Origin: the human T2T-CHM13v2.0 reference genome, Homo sapiens
NCBI RefSeq assembly: GCF_009914755.1
Contig: NC_060938.1
Length of the DNA stretch: 64,000 bases
Direction: 5' to 3' (one strand)
In this document: positions 1 through 13,915 of the stretch, one piece after another
Numbering within the stretch: the first letter of the stretch is position 1
How the letters are laid out: the number at the start of each line of letters is the position of its first letter
Notes under the pieces: generated by a model
Seen by the model: the letters and a program-made list of their open reading frames with translations, nothing else
Databases searched by the model: none
What the model was told of the DNA's origin: nothing
Translations under genes and position numbers: made by a program

Positions 1-3000
1 ACCCAGGTGATGTAGCCCTTGTCAAGGCTCTGCCTACAGGGGCATTTTAACATATCACTGCACTGATCACCGAGATGATGTAACTCTTGTATAGGCTTCA
101 CCGACAGGGGGCATTGAGACATACCTCTGCACTGATCACCGAGGTGATGCAACTCTTGTCTGTGATCTGCTTAGAGGGGTCATTGTGGCATATCTCTGCC
201 CTGATCACCCAGGTGATGTAACACTTGTCTAGGCTCTGCCTACAGGGGCTTTGTTAGATATCTCTGCCATTTTCACCCAGGTGATGGGACTCTTGTCTAG
301 GCTCTGTGTATGGGGGCTTTGTGACATATCTCTGCACTGATCACCCAGGTGATGTAAAGCTAGACTAGGCTCTGCCTACGGTGCATAGTGATATATCACT
401 GCATTGATCACCGAGGTGATGTAACTCTTGTCCATTCTCTGCCTATAGGGGGCCTTGTGACATATCTCTGCACTGATCATCTAGGTGATGTAACTCTTGC
501 TTATGCTCTGCCTGCAGGGGCATTGTGAAATATCTCTGCACTGATCACCCAGGTGATGGGACTCTTATCTAGGCTCTGCCTACAGGGGCGTTTTCACATA
601 TCCCTGAATTGATGACAAAGGTGATGTAACTCTTGCCTAGGCTTTGCCTACAGGGGACATTGTGACATATCTCTGCACTGATCACCCAGGTGATGTAACT
701 CTGGTCTAAGCTGTGCCTAAAGGGGCATTGTGACAGATCTCTGCACTGATCGCTCAGGTGATGTAACTATTGTCTAGGCTCTGCTTAAAGGGGCCTTGTC
801 ACATAATTCTGCACTGATCACCCAGGTGATGTAACTCTTGTCAACGCTCTGCTTAAAGGGGGTATCGTGATATATCTCTGCCCTGATCACCTAAGTGATG
901 TAACAATTGCGTAGACATATCACAAAACAATTGTGTTTGACATATCTCTGCACTGTTAACAGAGGTGATGTAACTGTTGCCTAGGCTGTGCCCACAGGGG
1001 GATTGAGACATATCTCTACAATGATCCCGAGGTGATCCAACTCTTGCTTGGTCTCTTCCTATTGGGGACATTGTGATATATCTCTGCACTGATCTCCTAG
1101 GTGCTGTAACTTTAGTCTAGGCTCTGGATACACGGCATTGTGACATATCACTCCACTGATCACCCAGGTGATATAACTCTCGTCTAGGCTCTGCCTAGAG
1201 TGGCATTGTGGCATATCTCTGCACTGATCACCCAGGTGATGTAACTATTTTCTAGAATCTGCCTACAGGGTGCTTTGTGACATATCCCTGCAATGATTAC
1301 CCAGGTGATGTACCACTTGTCAAGAATCTGCCTACAGGGACATTGTGATGTATCTCTGCATTGATCACCTAGGTCATGTAACTCTTGTCTAGGCTCTGTC
1401 TACGGTGGCATTGTGACATATCTTTGCACTGATCATCTAAGTTATGTATCTCTTGTCTAGGATCTGCCTAAGGAGACTTTGTGACATAACTCTGCACTGA
1501 TCGTCCAGGTGATGGGACGTTTGTCTAGGCTCTGCCTAAGGGGGCATTCTGACATATTTCTACACTGATCACCCAGGTGACGGACTCTTGTCTTGGATCT
1601 GCCTAAGGGGGCACTGTGACATATCTCTGCACTGATTACCCCGGTGATGTAACAGTTTTATAAGCTCTGCCTAAAGGGAAATTGTGAGAGATCTCGCCAC
1701 TGATCAAACAGGTGATGTAACTATTGTCTAGGCTTTGCTTGCAGGGGGCTTTGTGACATAGCTTTGCACTGATCGCCCAGGTGATGTAATTTATCCAAGT
1801 TCTTCCTACAGGAGCTTTGTGAGATATCTCTGCACTGATCACTTAGGTGACGTAACACTTTTATAAGCACTGCCTACAGGGAATTTTGACAAATCTCTGC
1901 ACTGATCACCTAGGTGATGTTACTCTTGTCTACCGTCTGCCCAAAGGGGGCATTGTGAAATATCTCTGTACTGATCACCCAGGTGATTCAACTCTTGTCT
2001 AGGATCTGCCTACAGAGGGTATTGGGAAATATCTCTACACTGATCAAGTAGGTGATGTATCTCTTTTCTAGGCTCTTCCTACAGGTGCGTTTTCACATAT
2101 CCCTGAACTGATGACAAAGGTGTTGTAACTCTTGCCTAGGATTTGCCTACAGGGGACATTGTGACATATCTCTGCACTGATCAGCGAGGTGATGCAACTC
2201 TTCTCTATGCTCTGCCTACAGGGGACATTGTGACATATCTCTGCACTGATCACCCAAGTGATGCAACTCTTCTCTATGTACTGCCTACAGGGGGCATTGT
2301 GACATATTTCTGCAAAGATCACCCAGGTGATATAAGTCTTTTCTAGTCTCTGCCTGCAGAGGGCGTTGTGACATCACTCTGCACATATCACCCGGGTTAT
2401 GTAACTCTTGTCTAGGCTCTTCCTACGGGGGCATTGTGACTTATCTCTGCACTGATAAAAGAGGATATGTGACTCTTGTCTAAGCTCTGCCTAGACAGAC
2501 ATTTGAACATATCTCTGCACTGATCACTGAGGTGATGTAAAACTTGTCTAGGCTTTGCCTACAGTGGGATTTATGACATATCTCTGCACTGAACACCCAG
2601 GTGATGTAACTCTTGTCTAGGCTCTGCTTACAGTGGGTATTGTGAGATATCTCTGCACTGATCACCCAGGTGATATAACTCTTTTATAGGCTCTGCCAAT
2701 TGGGGCATTTTCACATATCATTGCACTGATCACTGAGATGATGTAACTCTTGTATAGGCTTCGCCGACAGGGGGCATTGAGACATATCTCTGCACTGATC
2801 ACAGAGGTGACGCAACTCTTGTCATGGATCTGCTTACGGGGGCATTGGGACATATCTCTGCCCTGATCACCCAGGTGATGTAACTCTTGTCTAGGCTCTG
2901 CCTACTGGAGTCATTGTGACATATCTCCGCACTGATCACGCAGGTGATGTCACATTTGTCAAGGATATGGCTACAGGGACATTGTGACATGTCACTGCAC

Positions 3001-3990
3001 TGATCACACAGCTGATGTAACACTTGTCTAGGCTCTGGCTACAGGGGCTCGTGACATATCTCTGCACTGATAACCCAGGTGATGTAACCCTTGTCTAGGC
3101 TCTGCCAAAAGGGGATATTGTGACATAACTCTGCACTGATCACCCAGGTGATGGGACTCTTGTCTAGGCTCTGCCTACAGGCCCATTGTGACATGTATCT
3201 GCAGTGATAACGCAGGTGATGTAACTCTTGTCTATATCTGCCTACTGGCGACTTTGGGGCATATTTCTGCACTGATCACCCAGGTGATGGACTCTTGTCT
3301 TGGATCTGCATATGGGGGCATACTGACATATCTCTGCACTGATCACTCATGTGATGTAACGCTTGTCTAAGCTGCGCCTAAAGGGGAATTGTGACAGATA
3401 TCTCCACTGATCACCCAGGCAATGGAACAATTTTCTGGGATTTGTCTACAGAGGGCTTTGTGACATATCTTTGCACTGATCAGTCAGGAGATGTAACTCT
3501 TGTCTAGGCTCTGCCTACAGCGGCATTTTAACATATCACTGCACTGATCAAAAAGATGATGTAACTCTTGTATAGGCATCGCTGACTGGGGGCATTGAGA
3601 CATATCTCTGCACTGATCACTGACGTGACCCAACTCATGTCTGTGATCTGCTTACAGGGGTCATTGTGACATATCTCTGTCCTGGTCACCCAGGTGATGT
3701 AACTCTTGTCTAGGTTCTGCCTACTGGAGACATTGTGATATATCTCTGCACTGATCACCAAGGTGTTGTCACTTTTGTCAAGGATATGGCTACAGGGGCA
3801 TTGTGACATGTTACTGCACTGATCACACAGCTGATGTAACTCTTGTCTAGGCTCTGGCTACAGGGAGCTTGTGACATATCTCTGCAATGACCACGGTGGT
3901 GATGTAACACTTGTCTATATCTACCTACTGGCCGCATTGTGGCATAGTTCTGCACTGATCACCCAGTTGATGGACTCTTGTCTTGGATCT
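1..3990 (-). repeat. Beta-satellite (68-bp Sau3A/BSR) tandem array
   Basis: Tandem 68-69 bp monomers, consensus about CTCTGCACTGATCACCCAGGTGATGTAACTCTTGTCTAGGCTCTGCCTACAGGGGCATTGTGACATAT, with a GATC in most monomers. Confidence 0.96.
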
Positions 3991-6900
3991 GATCAGTGCA
4001 GAGATATGTCACTATGCCCCCATAGGCAGATCCAAGACAAGAGTCCATCACCTGGGTGATCAGTGCAGAAATATGCCACAATGCCGCCACTAGGCATATA
4101 TAGACAAGAGTTATATCACCTGCGTGACCACTGCAGAGATATGTCACAATGCCCCTATACGAAGAGCCTAGACAAGAGTCCCATCACCTGGGTGATCAGT
4201 GCAGAATTCTGTAACAATGCCGCCTTTTGGCAGAGCCTAGACAAGGGTTACATCACCGGGGTGATCAGTGCAGACATGTGTCACAAGACCCCTGTAGCCA
4301 GAGCCTAGACAAGGATACATCAGCTGTGTGATCAGTGCAGTGATATGTCACAATGTCCCTGTAGCCATATCCTTGACAAAAGTGACATCTCCTGGGTGAT
4401 CATTGTGGAGATATGTCATAATGTCTCCAGTAGGCAGAGCCTAGAAAAGAGTTACATCACCTGGGTGATCAGGGCAGAGATATGTCAAAATGCCCCCTTT
4501 AAGCAGATCCCAGACAAGAGTTGCATCACTTCGGTGATCAGTGCGGACATATGTCTCAATGCCCCCTGTCGGCGATGCCTATACAAGAGTTACATCATCT
4601 CGGTGATCAGTGCAGTGATATGTGAAAATGCCTCTGTAGGCAGAGCTTATACAAGAGCTACATCACCTGGGTGATCAGTGCAGAGATATCTCACAATACC
4701 CCCTGTAAGCAGAGCCTAGAAAAGAGTTACATCACCAGGGTGATCAGTGCAGAGATATGTCATAAATCCCACTCTAGGCAAAGCCTAGACAAATTTTACA
4801 GCACCTCAGCGATCAGTGCAGAGATATGTCCCAATATCCCTCTAGGCAGAGCTTAGAGAAGAGTCACATCTCCTGGGTGATCAGTGTAGAGATAAGTCAC
4901 AATGACCCCGTAGGCAGATCCTAGACAAGAGTTACATAACCCGGGTGATCCGCGCAGAGTGATGTCACAACGCCCTCTGTAGGCAGAGACTAGAAAAGAG
5001 TTACATCACCTGGGTGATCAGCGCAGAGACATGTGAAAAGGCCCCTTTAAGCAGAGCCAAGACAATAGTTACATCACCTGAGTGATCAGTGCAGAGATCT
5101 GTCACAATGCCCCTTTAGGCAGAGCTTAGACCAGACTTACATCACCTGGTTGATCAGTGCAGAGATATGTCACAATGCCCCCATAGGCAAATCCAAGACA
5201 GGAGTCCGTCACCTGGGTCATCAGTGCACAAATATGTGACAAGGCCCCCAGTAGGCAGAGCCTTAAGAAGACTCCCATCACCTGGGTGATCAGTGCAGAG
5301 ATATTCAATAATATCTCTGACCTGCAGGCAGAGCATAAGCAAGAGTTACATCACCTACATCATCAGTGCAGAGATATGTCACAAGGCCCCCTATAGGCAG
5401 AGCCTGGACAAGAGTTACATCACCTCAGTGATCAATGCAGTGATATGTCACTATGCCCCGTAGACAGAGCCTAGTCAAGCGTTGCATCACCTGGGTGATC
5501 AGTGCAGAGATATTTCACAAATACCCCATACAAGGAGCCTAGACAAGAGTCCCATCACCTGGGTGATCAGTGCAGCAATATGTCACAATGCCCCCATAGG
5601 CAGATCCAACACAAGAGTTACATCACCTGGGTGATCAGTGTAGAGATATTTCACAATGCCCGCATAGGCAGAGCCTACACAAAACTCCCATCACCTGGGT
5701 GATCAGTGCAGAGATATGTCACAAGCCCCCTGTAGGCAGAGCCTAGAAAAGAGTTATATCACCTGGGTGATCAGTGCAGTGATATGTCACAATGCCGTGT
5801 AGCCATAGCCAAGAACAAAGCAATAGCACCTGGGAGATCAGTGCAGAGATACGTCACAATATTCCCAGTGGGCAGAGACCAGACAAGAGTTAGAACACTT
5901 CAGGATCAGCGCAGAGATATATCTCAATCCCACAGTGGGCACAGCCTAGACAAGAGTTACATCACCTCGGTTAACAGTGCAGAGATATGTCAAAATGCCC
6001 CTGTAAGCAGAGCCTACACAAGTGTTACATCTCTTAGGTGATCAGTGCAGAGATATGTCACAATACCCCCTGTAAGCAGAGCCTAGACAAGAGTTACATC
6101 ACGTGGGTGATCAGTGCAGACATATGTGACAAGGCCCCTTTAAGCAGAGCCTAGACAATAGTTACATCACCTGAGTGATCAATGCAGAGATCTGTCACAA
6201 TGCCATTATAGGCAGAGCTCAGACCAGAGTTACAACACCTGGCTGATCGGTGCAGAGATATGTCACAATTCCCCCATAGGCAAATCCAAGACAAGAGTCC
6301 ATCACCTGGGTGATCAGTTCAGAAATATGTGAGAATGACCCCAGTAGTCAGAACCTAGAGAAGAGTCCCTTCACCTGGGTGATCAGTGCAGAGATATTTC
6401 ACAATGCCCCCTTTGGGCAGAGGGTAGACAAGAGTTACTTCACCTAGATGATCAGTGCAGAGATATGTCACAATATCCCCTGTAGGCAAAGCCTAGGCAA
6501 GAGTTACGTCACCTTTGTCATCAGTTCAGGGATATGTGAAAACGGCCCTGTAGGCAGAGGCTAGACAAGAGTTACATCACCTCGGTTAACAGTGAAGAGA
6601 TATGTCACAATACCCCCTGTAGGCAGATACTAGACAAGAGTTGAATCACCTGAGTGATCAGTGCAGAGATATTTCACAATGCCACCTTTGGGCAGAGGGT
6701 AGATTAGAGTTATATCACCTAGGTGATCAGTGCAGAGATTTGTAAAATTTCCCTGTTTACAGTGCTTATAAAATTGTTACATCACCTAAGTGGTCAGTGC
6801 AGAGATATGTCACAAAGCTCCTGTAGGCAGAACTTAAAAGAGTAACATCAACTGGGTGATCATTGCAAAGGTATGTCACAAAGCCCCTGTAGGCAAAGCC

Positions 6901-8942
6901 TAGACAATACTTACATCACTTGGGTGATCAGTGGCGAGATCTCTCACAATTCCCCTGTAGGCAGAACTTATACAACAGTTACATCACCTAGGTGAACAAT
7001 GCAGTGATTTGTCAAAATTCCCTGTGGGCAGTGCTTATAAAAGTGTTACATCATCTAAGAGATCAGTGCAGAGATATGTCACAAAGCTCCTGGAGGCAGA
7101 ACTTAGATGACTTACATCAGCTGTGTAACCAGTGCAAAGGTATGACACAAAGCCCCCTGTAGGCAAAGCCTAGACAATAGTTACATCAGTTGGGTGATCA
7201 GTGGCAACATCTCTCACAATTCCCCTGTAGGCAGAGCTTATACAACAGTTACATCACCTGGGTGCTCAGTGCAGAGATATGTCACAATGCCCCCATAGGC
7301 AGACCCAAGACATGAGTCCGTTACCTGGGTGATCATTGCAGAAATATATCACAATGCCCCCTTAGGCAGAGCCTAGACAAAAGCCACAACACCTGGATGA
7401 TCAGTGCAGATTTATGTCACAAAGTCCCTTTAGGCAGATCCTAGACAAGAGTTACATCACTTGGATGATCAGTGCAGAGATATGTCACAATGCCACTGTA
7501 GGCAGAGCTTAGACAAGAGTTACATGACCTAGGTGATCGGTGCAGAGATACATCGCAATCTCCCTGTAGGCAGAGCCTTGGCAAGTGGTACATCACCTGT
7601 GTGATCATTGCAGGGATATGTCACAAAGCACCATGTAGGCAGATCCTAGAAAAGAGTTACATCACCTGGGTGATCAGTGCAGAGATATGTCAAAATGCCA
7701 CTGTAGGCAGAGCCTAGATAAGTTACATGACCTAGGTGATCAGTGCAGATATATATCACAATGCCCCTGTAGGCAGAGCCTTGACAAGTGGTATATCACC
7801 TGGGTGATCATTGCAGGGATGTCACAAAGCACCGTGTAGGCAGATCCTTGAGAAGAGTTATATCACCTGGGTGATCAGTGCAGAGATATGTCACAAGCCC
7901 CCTATAGGCAGAGCATAGACAAGAGTTATATCACCTGGGTGATCAGTGCGGTGATATGTCACAATGCCGTGTAGTCAGATCATAGACTAAAGTTACAGCA
8001 CATGGGAGATCAGTGCAGAGATATGTCACAATGTCCCCAGTAGGCAGAGACCAGGCAATGTCCACCTGTGGGCACAGCCTAGACAAGAGATACGTCACCT
8101 CGGTTAACAGTGCAGAGATATGTCAAAAAGCCCCTGTAGGCAGATTCTACACAACTGTTTCATCACTTAGGTGATCAGTGCAGAGATATGTCACAATACC
8201 CCCTGTAAATAGAGCCTAGACAAGAGTTACATCACCTGGGTCATCAGTGCAGAGATCTGTCACAATGCCCCTTTAGGGAGAACTTAGACCAGGGTTACAT
8301 CACCTGGGTGATCAGTGCAGAGATATGTCACAATGCCCGCATAGGCAAATCCAAGACAATAGTCCATCACGTGGGTGATCAGGGCAGACATGTGTGACAA
8401 TGCCCCCAGTAAGCAAAGCCTAGAGAAGGGACACATTACCTGGGTGATCAGTGCAGAGATATTTCACAATGCCCCTGCTGGCAGAGCGTAAACAAGAGTT
8501 ACATCACGTAGATCATCAGTGCAGAGATATGTCACAAGGCCCCCTATACGCAGAGCCTGGACAAGTGTTACATCACCTCGGTGATCAATGCAGTGATATG
8601 TCACTATACCCCTTAGGCAGAGCATAGTCAAGCGTTACATCACCTGGGTGATCAGTGCAGAGATATGTCACAAAGCCCCCATACACAGAGCCTAGAAAAG
8701 AGTCCCAACACCTGGGTCATCAGTGCAGAAATATGTCACAATGCCCCCATAGGCAGATCCAACACAAGAGTTACATCACCTGGGTGATCAGTGTAGAGAT
8801 ATGTCACAATGGCCCCATAGGCAGAACCTTGACAAAAGTCCCATCACCTGGGTGATCAGTGCAGAGATATGTCGCAAAGCCCCTGTAGGCAGAGCCTAGA
8901 GAAGAGTTACATAACTTTGTTGATCAGTTCAGAGATATGTCA
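3991..8942 (+). repeat. Beta-satellite array, opposite orientation (inside inverted segment 3991-12206)
   Basis: Monomers read as the reverse complement (GATCAGTGCAGAGATATGTCACAATGCCCCTGTAGGCAGAGCCTAGACAAGAGTTACATCACCTGGGT) from 3991. Confidence 0.96.
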
Positions 8943-9520
8943 TGGTGACTGTTTGCTCCAGGAGCTCTTCGGTCACCCTGAAACATGCACGGAAGGTTGG
9001 AAGACCGGCATGGTGCCATCGCTCTCCTTGCCAGTTTCCAAACTGGCCACACTGCAGACTCCCCATTTTGCCGCAAACGGGAATCCTTCATCAGGCTATC
9101 ACGCCGTGGAGGCATCTTATCTCTGGGGTCTCGCTGTGGTCTCCTACGTGGAAATGAATGAGAGCCACAGGCCTGCCTGTGTGAGACTGTCTCCGCACAC
9201 ACAGGCACTGCCTCATTCACGGAGAGAGGGCCTGGAACACTCCAGACTCCCACGGAGGTTCAGTTCCACACTCCCCTCCAACCTCCCAGGCCGGTTTCTC
9301 CCTGCTGAAGACGCGTGGGAGCCCAGAGAGCAGCTTCCATTTCCCGTGGGATTCCTAGAGAGGTCCAGAAAGCCAGCCCCCGAAACGCGCCCCCCTCACC
9401 ACTTCCTCCTCGCCCCCTTCCTCTTCGTCTCTCCGGCACCACCACCGCCATCACAACGCCCTCTCCCCACACCCCACCACCACCAGGCCCCAGGCCTCGA
9501 CCACCTGGGACCCTTCTGGT

Positions 9521-10992
<1,472 letters not shown>

Positions 10993-11580
10993 GACGCGGT
11001 GTTGGGACGGGGTTGGGTCGGGGCAGGGCGGTGGCCTCTCTTTCGCGGGGAACACCTGGCTGGCTATGGAGGGGCGTTTCTTCCCCCCACCCCCTCCACT
11101 GGGCTGACAGGCCTGGGATTCCTGCATTCTAGGACTAGGCCAGGTGAGAGACTCCACACAGCAGAGAACTGCCATTCTTTCCTGGGCATCCCGGGGATCC
11201 CAGAGCCGGCCCAGGTACCAACAGGTGGGGCGCCTACTGTGCATGCGAGGGTTTGCTGGCAGCCGCCTGGGCTGTGGGAGCAGCCCGGGCAGAGCCCTCA
11301 TGCCTTTCCACCACCCCACTACCGCCTGACCACCCCCACCCCACCCCCACACCCATCCCCGGAAATTGTGTCCTCCCCTGGGCTGGGTGGAGACCCCCGT
11401 CCTGCGAAACACCGGGCCAGCGAAGCATCCAGACCTGACACCCCTCTGGCGGCTCGCCTCCTCTGCGCCTCCACGCCACCGTCGCCAGCCCGCCCCTACC
11501 CCTGCAACCTCCCAGCTGCCACCATGGAGTGCCTGGCGGCCGAACGCAGACCTCTAGCTGTCTTTGCCGGCCTCCTGGCT

Positions 11581-11790
11581 AGACCTGTGCTCATTGCGCA
11601 CCCTGGCTGACGTGCAAGGGAGACCGCTGGCCTCTCTGTGACCTTGTGCGTCCGTAAAATTCCGGCTGAGGCTCTCCCAACACCTTCTGAAGCTCTTTAG
11701 TCAAAGCCTGGAGAATTTTTACATCTCCTGGATGATCGGTTCAGAAATATGTCACAATGCCTCCTCCCTGCGGAGCCTAGAGAAGATTTG
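11581..11790 (+). other. pLAM / DUX4 exon-3 homologue without poly(A) signal
   Basis: CTGGCTAG|ACCTG...GCTGACGTGCAAGGGAG...ACATCTCCTGGATGAT...ATAT GTCACA ATGCC matches recalled 4qA exon 3, with GTCACA (11751-11756) in place of ATTAAA. An equivalent segment ends all eight cassettes. Confidence 0.85.
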
Positions 11791-12206
11791 CATCATTTGG
11801 TTGATCAGTGCAGAGATATATCACAATGTCCCTTGTACAAAAAGCCTGGAAATGATTTACATCACCTCGGTGATCAGTGCATAGGTATGTCAGAAATCCC
11901 CAGTAACCTGAACCTAGACAAGGGTAACATCACTTAGGTGATCAGGGCAGAGATATGTGAAAATTCCCGTGTAGACAGAGCCTTGACAAGTGTTACATCA
12001 CCTAGTGATCAGTGAAGGGATAAGTCGTAAAGCCTCCTTTAGGCAGAGTGTAGACAAGTGTTTCCTCCCTGGGGTGATCAGTGCAGAGATATGTCACAAA
12101 GCCCCTGTAAGCAGAACCTTGACAAGGGTTACATCACCTGTTTGATCAGTGGAAATGTATATCACAAACCCCCTGTAGGCAAAGTGCAGACAATTGTTAC
12201 ATCACC
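11700..12206 (+). repeat. Beta-satellite, pLAM-distal tract of cassette 1
   Basis: About 7 monomers in + orientation, ending abruptly at CAATTGTTACATCACC. Confidence 0.93.
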
Positions 12207-13915
12207 CTGTAGGGGGGTATTGTGACATATCTCTGCACTGATCGCTCAGTTGATCTAACATTTATCTAGGCTCTGCCTACAGGGGCGTTTTGACATAGCT
12301 CTGCACAGATCACTAGGTTATGTAACTCTTGTTCACTCTCTGCCTACAGGGGGCATTGTGAAATATCTCTGCACTGATCACCCAGGTGATGGGACTCTTC
12401 TCTATACTGTGCCTTGAGGGGTATTTGTGACATATCTCTGCACTGATCACCCAGGTGATGTAACTCTTGTCTAGGCTCCACCAGCAGGGTGTATTGTGAC
12501 GTATCTCTGCACTGATCACCCAGGTGATGTAACATTTATCTAGGCTCTGCCTACAGGGGCGTTTTGACATAGCTCTGCACAGATCACCTAGGTTATGTAA
12601 CTCTTGTCCACTCTCTGCCTACAGGAGGCATTGTGAAATATCTCTGCACTGATCACCCAGGTGATGGGACTCTTCTCTATACTCTGCCAAAAGGGCGATT
12701 TGTGACATATCTCTGCACTGATCGCCCAGGTGATGGAAGTATTTTCTAGGCTCTGTCTATGGGGGCATTGTGTCAAATATCTCCACTGATCACCCAGGTG
12801 ATGTATCTCTTTCTAGGCTCTGTCTACAGGGATTTTTGTGACATATCACTGCACTGAACACCTCGGTGATGTAAGCCTTGTACGGGCTTTGCCTACAGAA
12901 GACTTTGTGACATATCTATGCACTGATCTCTGAGGTGATGCAACTCTTGTCTAGGCACTGCCTACAGGGGCTATTGGTACATATCTCTGCACTGATCACC
13001 CAGGTGATAGACTCTTGTCTTAGATCTGCCTACATGGACATTGTGACACATCTCTGAACTGATCAACCAAGTGATGAAACTATTGTCTAGTCTCTGCCTA
13101 CAGGGGCTTTGTGACGCATCTCTGCACTGATCACCCTTGGGAGGGAACTATTGTCTACGTTCTGCCTACAGGAGGCTTCATGACTTATACCTGCACTGAT
13201 AACCTAGGTGATGTAACAATTGTCTAGACTCTGCCTACACGGGAATTCTCACATATCTCTGCACTGATCACCCAGTTGATGTAACTCATTCCTAGATTCA
13301 GCCTACAGGAGCGTTTTGACATATCTCTGCACTGATCACCCAGACGTTGTAACCCTTGTCTAAGCTCTGCCTATAGGGGCATTGTGACAGATCTCTCCAC
13401 TGCTCACCCAGGTGATGCAACAATTGTCTGGGCTTTGCCTACAAGGGGCTTTGTGATGTACATTTCCACTGATCAAACAGGTGATGTAACCCTTGTCAAG
13501 GTTCTGCTTACAGAGGCTTTGTGACATAACTCTGCACTGATCACCCCAGGGAGGAAACACTTTTCTACACTCTGCCTACAGGAGGCTTTACAACTTATCC
13601 CTGCACTGATCACTAGGTGATGTAACACTTGTCTAGGCTCTGTCTACACGGGAATTTTCACATATCTCTACACTGATCACCTAAGTGATTTAACCCTTGT
13701 GCATGTTCAGCCTACTGGGGATTTCTCACATACCTATGCACTGATCACCGAGGTGATGTAAATCATTTCCAGGCTTTTTGTACAGGGGACATTGTGATAT
13801 ATCTCTGCACTGATCACCCAAATAATGCAAATCTTCTCTAGGCTCCGCAGGGAGGAGGCATTGTGACACATTTCTGAACTGATCATCCAGGAGATGTAAC
13901 TATTCTCCAGGCTTT
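12207..13915 (-). repeat. Beta-satellite array
   Basis: Monomers return to the majority orientation from about 12207-12211. Confidence 0.95.

Noticed and set aside
1-8940. Regular 68-bp repeats with an internal palindrome (ATCACC-CA-GGTGAT) as a CRISPR-like array
   Set aside because: The whole monomer repeats with no unique spacers, no cas genes are present, and the sequence is primate beta-satellite.
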